Numbered from the stretch's first letter, positions 1 through 7,385 are shown. The stretch: 16,938 nt of DNA from Candidatus Thorarchaeota archaeon (GCA_048882325.1 JBHLRS010000057.1:1-16938), one strand, 5' to 3'. Numbers and translations: made by a program. Notes: generated by a model not told the origin, from the letters alone.

Positions 1-718
1 CAAAGCCAACAACCAAGAATCCCGGAATCTCCTCTCTATAGGCTAGAAGTTTCTCATCCTTGATGGGTTGACCCCTATAGAGATCTGCGATGACCTCTCG
101 GAAAGCAAACATTTGCAATCCAACAGAAAAGAGTCTCTCAAAGTAGTAGGTAAGCGGTCGATGATAAGCCATCACTCGCGTGTCCTTGTACTTTGGATGC
201 GGAATCTCCCTCACTGACATATACTGTCGCATCTTCAAGAAGTATCCCTCGTCATCCTCGGTGCGCTTTGCGTACGAGAATGGGTGTGGAATCGCAAACA
301 CTAGTTTTCCCCCACCTTTCAACACTCGACTACATTCCTGAATTGTTGCGTCTATCTCTTCAATGTCATGGAAACCGAAAGTGGAAACAATGCAGTCCGT
401 TGAGGCGTCAGGAATCTCAGACATTGCACCCGAGCTGCAATGAATATACTTGATACCTAAAGACTCTGACTTCTCAGATTCCTGAGCAATCTCAAGCATC
501 TTCTGCGAGAGGTCTACACCAATAACCTGAGCTCCCTTCTTGGCAAGGATTCTGGAAAGATATCCCTGACCACATGCGAGGTCGAGTACAGTCTTACCCT
601 TGAGGTCACCTAGAATTGCAAAAATGACTGGGTTGACAAAGTTCCGGTGATATGAGTCACCTGTGTCACCAACTGTCTTATGATAATCCTCTGCAACCTC
701 ATCCCATGATGCTGGCAT
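1..718 (-). CDS. Class I SAM-dependent methyltransferase (3' end truncated by window edge)
   Basis: Not in the ORF track. Manual translation from ATG at 718: MPASWDEVAEDYHKTVGDTGDSYHRNFVNPVIFAILGDLKGKTVLDLACGQGYLSRILAKKGAQVIGVDLSQKML...RVLKVGGKLVFAIPHPF...YHRPLTYY...EIPGFLVVGF. Contains motif I (VLDLACGQG) and post-I (GVDLS). SD-like GGTGGTGA upstream. Confidence 0.92.
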   Translation of the reverse strand, partial: MPASWDEVAEDYHKTVGDTGDSYHRNFVNPVIFAILGDLKGKTVLDLACGQGYLSRILAKKGAQVIGVDLSQKMLEIAQESEKSESLGIKYIHCSSGAMSEIPDASTDCIVSTFGFHDIEEIDATIQECSRVLKGGGKLVFAIPHPFSYAKRTEDDEGYFLKMRQYMSVREIPHPKYKDTRVMAYHRPLTYYFERLFSVGLQMFAFREVIADLYRGQPIKDEKLLAYREEIPGFLVVGF

Positions 719-854
719 GGTTTAGATTCACCACCGTCAGCATATGTTCGTTCTGCCAGCTATGTTGATTCTTCAAGTCTTTGGAAACGAAAATAACTGC
801 TCAATCAACAACGAGATATGGAACTGTGGAATGATGAATACGAGTGAATCTATC

Positions 855-1229
855 ATGTCAGTGAGAGGAATCGGAGGCGTCTTCTTCAAATCAAAGGATC
901 CTAAAGCTCTCGAGAAATGGTATATCGAGAACCTTGGACTGAAACCCGACAAGGAGGGTTATATCTACTTCATGTGGTCAGACTTGAGGAAACCCGGATA
1001 CACATTATGGGGACCATTTCCTGAGGATACCAAATACTTCAAGCCTAGCGATGCATCGTGGATGATTAACTTCGTTGTGGATGATATAGAGAAGATGGTG
1101 TCCACGCTCAAGAAGAACGGTGTGGAAGTGGATGAGCGGGGTGTTCAAAAAACTGAAGAAGGGAAATTCGCCTGGTTCATAGACTTGGAGGGAAATAAGA
1201 TCGAATTATGGGAACCAGCTGATAAGTAA
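855..1229 (+). CDS. VOC/glyoxalase-bleomycin resistance family protein
   Basis: MSVRGIGGVFFKSKDPKALEKWY...WMINFVVDDIE...GKFAWFIDLEGNKIELWEP is a typical VOC pattern. Start moved from 744 to ATG 855, which has GAGTGA upstream and is where the family pattern begins. Confidence 0.9.
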   Translation: MSVRGIGGVFFKSKDPKALEKWYIENLGLKPDKEGYIYFMWSDLRKPGYTLWGPFPEDTKYFKPSDASWMINFVVDDIEKMVSTLKKNGVEVDERGVQKTEEGKFAWFIDLEGNKIELWEPADK

Positions 1230-1247
1230 CAGATCACTATGTCAATT

Positions 1248-1598
1248 TCAGTCGTCCTTACTGCTCGATTGGATTGCTTTGAATGCAAGATGTTTTGCCG
1301 CCTCACGTTTCTTTGTGATGTCGTTAGCCTGTTTTGCAATGGAGTCAAACAGGTCCTTACGATCCACGATTGCCTTTTCGACAAAGGAGGCTACAACTTC
1401 AGACCGACTCTTGAAAATCTCCAATTCAACAAGAGCATCGAGAATTTCAACGATGTCAGTACTTAGTCGGGTCATTACAGAGATCTCGCGATTTTTAAGA
1501 CCATACTTGTCCCTCTCGAATCGACCGAGTAGTTCCTCTCTAAGACTTAATTCCTCTTCTTCTTTTGGGTGGACTTTCTGTTCTGAGATTCTAAACAC
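1248..1598 (-). CDS. Ribbon-helix-helix (CopG/MetJ-like) DNA-binding protein with C-terminal helical extension
   Basis: ISVMTRLSTDIVEILDALVELEIFKSRSEVVASFVEKAI fits the RHH pattern: alternating beta strand, LDxLV helix, then F-x-SRSE helix. Start codon uncertain. Confidence 0.7.
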   Translation of the reverse strand: MFRISEQKVHPKEEEELSLREELLGRFERDKYGLKNREISVMTRLSTDIVEILDALVELEIFKSRSEVVASFVEKAIVDRKDLFDSIAKQANDITKKREAAKHLAFKAIQSSSKDD

Positions 1599-1634
1599 CT
1601 CATTCTCTACGGCACTATTGATTTATGGGTGCAG

Positions 1635-1678
1635 CTTTATAAGGTTTCATGTAAGGGAATATCTGTAACAGTGTTACA
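1635..1678. promoter_or_regulatory. Divergent promoter: TATA-like box plus perfect 7-1-7 palindrome (candidate operator)
   Basis: CTTTATAAGG at 1635-1644 and TGTAACA-G-TGTTACA at 1664-1678, between the RHH and ARPP-1 genes. Confidence 0.65.
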
Positions 1679-1688
1679 TTAACTTGTA

Positions 1689-2681
1689 ATGGCGGAAAAC
1701 CCGTTGTCAGCAACAAATGCAACAAACCAAGTCCGCGCCTTAGCGGAAGAAATTCTACAGAGAACCAGCTTCAGCCTTGAGGATCCGGTTGCACACCATG
1801 GTCTCTCGCTTGTACCAATTGTGCCAGTTAGTGAGTCAGAGAGTGATGAAACATACCTCAACGCAGCTGAAGCCCTAGAGGCAGGTGTACTTTCAATCAC
1901 CGAGGCTGGTGATGCTGTCAATACAATTCTTGCACGCAATTCAGGAAAGGAACCTGTGCTCATAGAGGAGTCCGAGGTTCTCTTAGCATCCAGCAGTCAG
2001 GACCGTATAGTTGTGTCCAGTGTCATCATCCAACCCGGAGAAGAGATACGAATACCCGTCAAATGTGTCCATGCGCCCCATTCACTCAATAGAGGAGCAG
2101 GGTTTCAATCACTAGGAGCAGGATCACTGGCACTCAAACGAAAAATCAGGAGAATGAAGTATCAGTCAATCATGGCTGATGTTGATCACTACATCCCTGA
2201 AACTGCGGTTGATCAGACAGAGGTCTGGGATGAGGTCGAACGGTACAGCAAGGCATTGGGGCTTGACGACCCAACCAAGTACACTGACGCGCTTGCAAGG
2301 GTGCAGGAGAAGGCTAGTGAGGTTGCAAAGGAGATCAGGGAGAGTCTACCCGAAGACACATGCGGAGTCATTGTGGTTGACTCAAATGGCGAGGCAATAG
2401 CTTTTGAGATGTATAGGAACGCCCAGGCGTTCCGAAAGCGTCTGGGTTTCGTGGAGTCCTTTGCTGTAGAACACTATGATGTAGAGAAGACACCACTTCA
2501 AGATGAAGCGGCATCAGCAAGTGCACTTAAACTTCTAGAGACCCTGAAGGACATCAATGAGACGGATGTCGCTTCAAAGGATGACTCAGACAATGCAGTG
2601 ATTGGGGTCCGGGAACTCAAGGGAGAGGCCTTGCTCAGAAGGGACCTCAGATCAGTACTCTATTGCTCCTTAGGCAAGTAG
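1689..2681 (+). CDS. ARPP-1 / DUF6569-like domain protein
   Basis: YLNAAEALEAGVLSITE...VNTILARNSGKEPVLIEESEVL...QDRIVVSSVIIQPGEEIRIPVKCV...QTEVWDEV matches the recalled family pattern (YLxLxEAL, N-x-G-x-x-PVL, QNR, IPVxCVE, QxxVW). Confidence 0.75.
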   Translation: MAENPLSATNATNQVRALAEEILQRTSFSLEDPVAHHGLSLVPIVPVSESESDETYLNAAEALEAGVLSITEAGDAVNTILARNSGKEPVLIEESEVLLASSSQDRIVVSSVIIQPGEEIRIPVKCVHAPHSLNRGAGFQSLGAGSLALKRKIRRMKYQSIMADVDHYIPETAVDQTEVWDEVERYSKALGLDDPTKYTDALARVQEKASEVAKEIRESLPEDTCGVIVVDSNGEAIAFEMYRNAQAFRKRLGFVESFAVEHYDVEKTPLQDEAASASALKLLETLKDINETDVASKDDSDNAVIGVRELKGEALLRRDLRSVLYCSLGK

Positions 2682-2711
2682 ACAGTTTCATTGAAAGCAC
2701 GCGATACCAAG

Positions 2712-2746
2712 CTGTGGGAGATTCTCTCCTACAGTCTTTCTTTTTT
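2712..2746 (+). terminator. Stem-loop plus T-tract downstream of the ARPP-1 gene
   Basis: CTGTGGGAGA-TTC-TCTCCTACAG (one G:U pair) followed by TCTTTCTTTTTT. Confidence 0.65.
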
Positions 2747-2828
2747 ATAATTGATAAAGGGCCATCATGTCTAGGATGTCCATTTTCAGCATATTAGGTT
2801 CCACGTGCGCAGCAGAGGGTGATAAAGG

Positions 2829-3608
2829 CTAGTCGACTGGACCTGTGGACGCGATTTGGTGCTGAATCTTCTCGATCTCTTTGATGAAACGGTCAGCAGC
2901 TTGAGCAAGCTTCTCGAGAATATCAGGAGAAGGATTACTCCCGATCACCGAAGGTAGGTTCAAGAGAGTCTTGAAGAGATTCCGAAGTGATGGCGGGACT
3001 TCCATACGGCGATCTAGCATAGGGAGGAAAGGCGGGGGAAAAGGAGTGAACCCCTGAACAATCTTCTCTTGAAGTTCGCCACTCTGGTCAATCCGGTTCT
3101 GAAGAAACTTCTGACCTCTCTCTGTGAGCTCATACCTACGAGTTCGTCCATCCTCGTCAGGTAGCTCTTGAGTGAGTCCATCCTGAAGTAGGCTCTTCAG
3201 TAAGGGGTACATAGAACCAGGTTTGGGTTTCCAGCGGCCTCCCATCTCTTCTTCTATTGCTGAAGTCAGTTCAGCACCAGACATGGGACGTTCCGTGAGT
3301 TTGTGAAGAACTCGATATCTTAGATAACCCTTTGGAACTTTGGCCGTGTGCTGAATCCACTTCCTCAAAGGATCGATAGCCTGACCAAACTCTTCCATGA
3401 AGATCTTCAGACGCTCCTCAGAAAGATAGTATCTCTTACCTTTCTGCACAATTGGGGATTTGTCCGGTTGGATTGGGGGTTTGATGTGTTCAAATTCTTC
3501 AGGGAAGCCAAGCTCTTTCCATGTCAGTGCCTTCTCAGGCGTAGTAGCTCCTTTCTCGCGAAAGGCATCTATAAGCCGTCTAAAGGGACTAAACATGTCT
3601 GTGCTCAT
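2829..3608 (-). CDS. PadR-family transcriptional regulator with extra N-terminal domain
   Basis: KGYLRYRVLHKLTERPMSGAEL...WKPKPGSMYPLLKSLLQDGL...RRYELTERG is a PadR wHTH, preceded by an ~85-aa extension (FREKGATTPEKALTWKELG...RYYLSE). Confidence 0.88.
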   Translation of the reverse strand: MSTDMFSPFRRLIDAFREKGATTPEKALTWKELGFPEEFEHIKPPIQPDKSPIVQKGKRYYLSEERLKIFMEEFGQAIDPLRKWIQHTAKVPKGYLRYRVLHKLTERPMSGAELTSAIEEEMGGRWKPKPGSMYPLLKSLLQDGLTQELPDEDGRTRRYELTERGQKFLQNRIDQSGELQEKIVQGFTPFPPPFLPMLDRRMEVPPSLRNLFKTLLNLPSVIGSNPSPDILEKLAQAADRFIKEIEKIQHQIASTGPVD

Positions 3609-3639
3609 GGTCGAACCAGCCTTTATCTTATTCGCAATC

Positions 3640-3688
3640 TATCATTATTGATATATCACATTTGATATAATTTGTATCACATTTGATA
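3640..3688. promoter_or_regulatory. Three palindromic boxes TATCA-N4-TGATA (candidate PadR operator array)
   Basis: 3640-3653 TATCAttatTGATA; 3654-3667 TATCAcattTGATA; 3675-3688 TATCAcattTGATA. Box 3 overlaps TATA-like TATATAAG. Confidence 0.75.
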
Positions 3689-3773
3689 TATAAGGTCTAT
3701 GAAGGAAACATAATTGTACCACGGAAATCGAGGGTCGAACTAAACACATAATAGTGTTAACTATCGTTAAAGA

Positions 3774-4802
3774 ATGCAAGCGATAGAAACAGGAGATGGT
3801 TTTTTGCAGTATCGCAGAGTTGGAAAGAGTGGATTGAAAGTCAGTGAGATTTCTCTTGGTTCCTGGCTGACATATGGCGGCACAGTGGAGAATGAGGTGG
3901 CCAAGAAATGCATGGCCACTGCGTTGGAAAATGGAGTCAACTTCATTGACGCTGCGGAGATCTACGCAGGTGGGAAGGCTGAGGAGGTCATTGCTCAGTT
4001 CTTCAGGGATGAGAATGTCAGCAGAAGGAACTTGGTTATCTCAAGTAAGGTGTTCTGGCCTACAAGCCAAGACATCACTGACTGGGGCAACAGTAGAAAG
4101 AACATCATGAATGCTATTGATGATTCTCTCCAACGATTGAACATGGACTATATCGACATCTACTTTCTACACAGGTATGACCACACAACACCTGTGAAAG
4201 AAACTGTGATGGCCATGGATGACCTAATCAGGGCTGGCAAGATCCGATATTGGGGGACCTCTGTCTGGACTGCAGCACAGCTTGAGCGAGCCAATGCTGT
4301 GGCAAAGGAACTTGGTGCTTACCAACCCATTGTTGAACAACCCCTATACAACATGCTATCAAGGTTCATTGAAGTTGAAATCATGAAAGTGGCAAAGACC
4401 CACGGCATGGGCTTCTCAGTCTTCAGTCCATTAGCGCAGGGTCTTCTCACAGGTAAGTACAACGACGGAGTACCAGAAGGCAGTCGCGGTGCAACATCAA
4501 CATGGTTGAATCGATACCTAACTGAGGAGAACTTTGCCAAAGTTCGAAGACTCAGTGAGATTGCATCATCATTGGATATCACTACAGGCCAACTGGCACT
4601 TTCTTGGATTCTCAGGCGTCCAGAGGTATCGACAGCCATCGTAGGTGCAACAAAGCCAGAACATGTTATTGAGAATGTAGGAGCATCGGGTGTTACTCTT
4701 TCGAATGACACACTCGAGCAGATAGAAGAGATTTTGGAAAATACTCCAACATGGCCCTCTAACTATGGACCCAACATATACTACAAGGATAAAATGAGGT
4801 GA
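3774..4802 (+). CDS. Aldo/keto reductase (Kv-beta-like subfamily)
   Basis: YRRVGKSGLKVSEISLGSWLTYG, FIDAAEIYAGGKAE (catalytic D, Y), SSKVFW (K), YFLHRYD (H), YWGTS, FSPLAQGLLTGKY. Confidence 0.95.
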   Translation: MQAIETGDGFLQYRRVGKSGLKVSEISLGSWLTYGGTVENEVAKKCMATALENGVNFIDAAEIYAGGKAEEVIAQFFRDENVSRRNLVISSKVFWPTSQDITDWGNSRKNIMNAIDDSLQRLNMDYIDIYFLHRYDHTTPVKETVMAMDDLIRAGKIRYWGTSVWTAAQLERANAVAKELGAYQPIVEQPLYNMLSRFIEVEIMKVAKTHGMGFSVFSPLAQGLLTGKYNDGVPEGSRGATSTWLNRYLTEENFAKVRRLSEIASSLDITTGQLALSWILRRPEVSTAIVGATKPEHVIENVGASGVTLSNDTLEQIEEILENTPTWPSNYGPNIYYKDKMR

Positions 4803-4812
4803 AAAACAGTGT

Positions 4813-4838
4813 GTGCTGAGAACAAAATCTCTCAGCAC
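4813..4838. terminator. Perfect 9-bp stem-loop between convergent genes
   Basis: GTGCTGAGA-acaaaatc-TCTCAGCAC. Followed by a T-rich run on the plus strand and a TTTTT run on the minus strand. Confidence 0.6.
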
Positions 4839-4847
4839 TTCTATATT

Positions 4848-5012
4848 TCACAGGAGGATGTAGACAGCTACAAGTCCTGTGATGTAGATAACATGAAAAA
4901 TCACAAGAGCCAATCTAGGCACCTGTATTTCATATCGTTTCACAATCGCCCCCGCAACTCCACATAGGATGACGGAGACAAGGAAGAGCAAGAACATCAA
5001 CACGATTGACAT
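4848..5012 (-). CDS. 54-aa two-TM membrane micro-protein (paralog of the upstream ORF)
   Basis: Not in the ORF track. MSIVLMFLLFLVSVILCGVAGAIVKRYEIQVPRLALVIFHVIYITGLVAVYILL*. ATG lies 2 nt after the upstream stop, with SD GGAGGAG. Ungapped similarity to 5015-5290. Confidence 0.8.
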   Translation of the reverse strand: MSIVLMFLLFLVSVILCGVAGAIVKRYEIQVPRLALVIFHVIYITGLVAVYILL

Positions 5013-5014
5013 CA

Positions 5015-5290
5015 CTACATCTCCTCCAAACGGGTTAGCAGCCTCTGCTTCTTTCCAAAATAGTAGACAAGTCCACTAATGTAGCTAATATGGAAGACTA
5101 GCCAGAAGAGATGACCAGGAAGGGTCATACTCCCCGCCAGCAAGTTCATTGCAATAGCACAGACTGTTATTGATACAAACAAGACGAAAAGGAACATCTT
5201 GATTGGACTACGTTGTGTGCCATTAGTGCCAACATAATCAGGCTCTGACACAACAGAGGGCATAGATCGAATAATGAAATGGTAATCCAT
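5015..5290 (-). CDS. Small two-TM membrane protein
   Basis: Two hydrophobic segments (MFLFVLFVSITVCAIAMNLL; LFWLVFHISYISGLVYYF) and a basic tail KKQR. True start may be a later Met. Confidence 0.75.
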   Translation of the reverse strand: MDYHFIIRSMPSVVSEPDYVGTNGTQRSPIKMFLFVLFVSITVCAIAMNLLAGSMTLPGHLFWLVFHISYISGLVYYFGKKQRLLTRLEEM

Positions 5291-5327
5291 TGTAGTTCAC
5301 AGGGAGTTAATTCACACAGAACTACAA
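5290..5327. promoter_or_regulatory. 9-bp inverted repeat with 20-nt spacer
   Basis: TTGTAGTTC (5290-5298) and GAACTACAA (5319-5327), between the micro-protein pair and the divergent Lrp gene. Confidence 0.5.
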
Positions 5328-5407
5328 AACAGCATGGCAATCCCAAGCTTCAAAAAATGCATCTGATTTAAGTCGAGGTTGTTCTTATTGAATCAAACAC
5401 TGCAAAA

Positions 5408-6358
5408 ATGAAAAATCCTCTGGTGAATACATTGGACCATCTCGACAAGGCATTGTTTCAGGAGCTCAGTAACAACTGTCGTGTTTCATTCACCGATCTC
5501 AGCATAAAGTATGATGTTTCAGTCAACACGATAAAGAATCGAGTTGAAAATATGATGAGCGACGGAATCATCGTAGCCTTCGATGTTCAACTCAAGCTAA
5601 GTTTGTATAATGCAAGTTTCGCTCTAGTAATTCTTCGTTTGAAGCGATTATTTACGGAACGGGAAAAAGATGAGATAGGTCATCACCAGTATATCACAAG
5701 TGTTTCAACTGGACTACAGCTCGACGGGCAGGTTGTCATCATCTATCGGAACAATGACGAGCTAAATGAGGTCATTGAATTTCTGAGATCCAATGAGAAT
5801 GTAAAGAACCTAGAGGTATTCCAGACCCTTCCACCACCGACATCATCAGTCAGTCTTCCAGTTTCAAAGGAGCTTGATGCTCTGAAGAAGATTGACTGGC
5901 AGATTCTCCAAAAGCTTCGCTGGAAAGGAAGAATGGGCATCAAGGACCTTGCAAAGGAGTTGGGTCGTTCAGCACCCATGGTGAGAAAACGACTGGACTT
6001 CATGAGAAACCAAGGTTTCCTTTACGAAACCATACTCACAAACATAGGTGTTGTTGGCCAAGGGTTTGTCATCAATTTTGGACTAGAGCTTCCTGAAATC
6101 TCTAACGAGGACCAGCTAATCATGGATCAGGAGTTGAGGTCTATGTTTGAGGATAGTTTCATTGTGAGCTGGAAGGTTGTTGATAGACCCATCATATTCA
6201 TAACTTTCCAGGTGGACAGTGCAACTGAAGCTCAAGAGATTCAGTCGCGCCTTCTGTCCAAATATCCAGAGCACATCTCCATTACGCAAGCCATCAGCGG
6301 GAAATGGAAATACTACAGGGACTTCAGAGATCAGATCCTTGAGGACCACTCCCGATAG
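5408..6358 (+). CDS. Tandem (double) Lrp/AsnC-family wHTH transcriptional regulator
   Basis: Two HTH units, LDHLDKALFQELSNNCRVSFTDLS...VSVNTIKNRV and LKKIDWQILQKLRWKGRMGIKDLAKELGRSAPMVRKRL, each followed by a RAM-like alpha/beta segment. Confidence 0.88.
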   Translation: MKNPLVNTLDHLDKALFQELSNNCRVSFTDLSIKYDVSVNTIKNRVENMMSDGIIVAFDVQLKLSLYNASFALVILRLKRLFTEREKDEIGHHQYITSVSTGLQLDGQVVIIYRNNDELNEVIEFLRSNENVKNLEVFQTLPPPTSSVSLPVSKELDALKKIDWQILQKLRWKGRMGIKDLAKELGRSAPMVRKRLDFMRNQGFLYETILTNIGVVGQGFVINFGLELPEISNEDQLIMDQELRSMFEDSFIVSWKVVDRPIIFITFQVDSATEAQEIQSRLLSKYPEHISITQAISGKWKYYRDFRDQILEDHSR

Positions 6359-6359
6359 T

Positions 6360-7361
6360 CTACTTGAAGAGTTGGAAAAGGCCTGCAACAATCACAAAGA
6401 TTGGACCAATATAGATACCAGCCCAAACAAAGAGAGCAATGAATCCAATAGCAATCAAAGATATTTTCTGACTCCGCTTGCTTTCCCAATCTTCACCATG
6501 AACTATCCGGAGAACAGCAATTCCCAGAAGTAGTGGGGTGATGATGAAAATCATTGATACTATTGCAGTCCAATTGAATGGAGCCTGTATTAGTGAGAGT
6601 GTCATCTGGTAAGCAAATGAGAAACTAGAACCAAGTATCAAAAGGCCTCCAATAGTTCCAATCAGTGATAGAACATTCTCTCTACCGATTGCACTACGAC
6701 GACGTACTAATAGGAAGATCAATCCTAAAATAAGTGGCAGTAGCATTGGTAGAAGAACTAGCAGAAGGCTTTGGCCAGTCCACATTATGATTGTCATCGC
6801 CATGGGTGGTACCAAAATCCATGAAACCAGAGTATAAACCTCAACATAACCCGTGACAAATGCATATCTCCCGCTTGTTGATTCCTCATAGACTCCAATA
6901 TAGTAAGTTCCCGTGGCAGGAGCACTCATGTTGAGATTAACAACATTATACTGACTAATAGGGGTAAAGCCCTCGTACTCTGGTTCTAAAGGGCTGGCTG
7001 GAATCACCATGACTCCTGCACCCACAGGGATTTCTAATCCTGTTGGATGTGCGCCCTGATCTGTCACATTTGGACCCATCAACACAAGACCAGGTGTGAA
7101 CCCTCTGTCTCCTTCTTGAATTGGCACGTTCAGCATGAAGCGGATTCGATCTCCTTCTGTTGCGTCGAATGAGTAGTAATGTATCTCACCCGCATCAAGT
7201 TCCGAGTAGTAGAACCAAGATTTCCAAGGATCGATGACCTCAGTTGCAGTTCCAAGGGTTGTCCCATCATCTGGCACTTTAGGAATGTGAGCATCTGTGA
7301 TAGTAATTAAGAGTGATAATGAGAAGAAGAATGCTAGTATCAAGAGCAGTTTACGGTTCAT
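6360..7361 (-). CDS. Exported beta-sandwich domain fused to a C-terminal multi-pass membrane domain
   Basis: Signal peptide ending TDA|H, then a beta-rich region (HYYSFDATEGDRI, APATGTYYIGVY, GRYAFVTG, PPC-like), then about 5-6 TM helices. Confidence 0.75.
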   Translation of the reverse strand: MNRKLLLILAFFFSLSLLITITDAHIPKVPDDGTTLGTATEVIDPWKSWFYYSELDAGEIHYYSFDATEGDRIRFMLNVPIQEGDRGFTPGLVLMGPNVTDQGAHPTGLEIPVGAGVMVIPASPLEPEYEGFTPISQYNVVNLNMSAPATGTYYIGVYEESTSGRYAFVTGYVEVYTLVSWILVPPMAMTIIMWTGQSLLLVLLPMLLPLILGLIFLLVRRRSAIGRENVLSLIGTIGGLLILGSSFSFAYQMTLSLIQAPFNWTAIVSMIFIITPLLLGIAVLRIVHGEDWESKRSQKISLIAIGFIALFVWAGIYIGPIFVIVAGLFQLFK

Positions 7362-7385
7362 AGTTGAGAGGCGTGGGTCAACCTA

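Noticed and set aside
193-453. 86-aa plus-strand ORF
   Set aside because: Antisense shadow of the minus-strand methyltransferase (1-718), with no recognisable motifs.
1585-1605. GAGGTG SD-like motif overlapping the annotated GTG of the RHH gene, hinting at a non-canonical downstream ATC start
   Set aside because: Cannot be distinguished from an ordinary GTG start without homolog alignment or proteomics.
1145-1963. Overlapping ORFs 1145-1384, 1239-1466, 1279-1668 and 1679-1963
   Set aside because: Shadow or alternate frames of the VOC, RHH and ARPP-1 genes.
3640-3690. Direct repeats considered as a mini-CRISPR or iteron/origin
   Set aside because: Only 14-16 bp with 0-7 nt spacers, and no cas or rep genes. 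A palindromic operator explains them better.
4800-4840. TGA stop followed by a hairpin, considered as selenocysteine readthrough/SECIS
   Set aside because: The reductase is already full length, the hairpin is a plain 9-bp stem without a SECIS-like core, and I saw no interrupted gene with an in-frame TGA.
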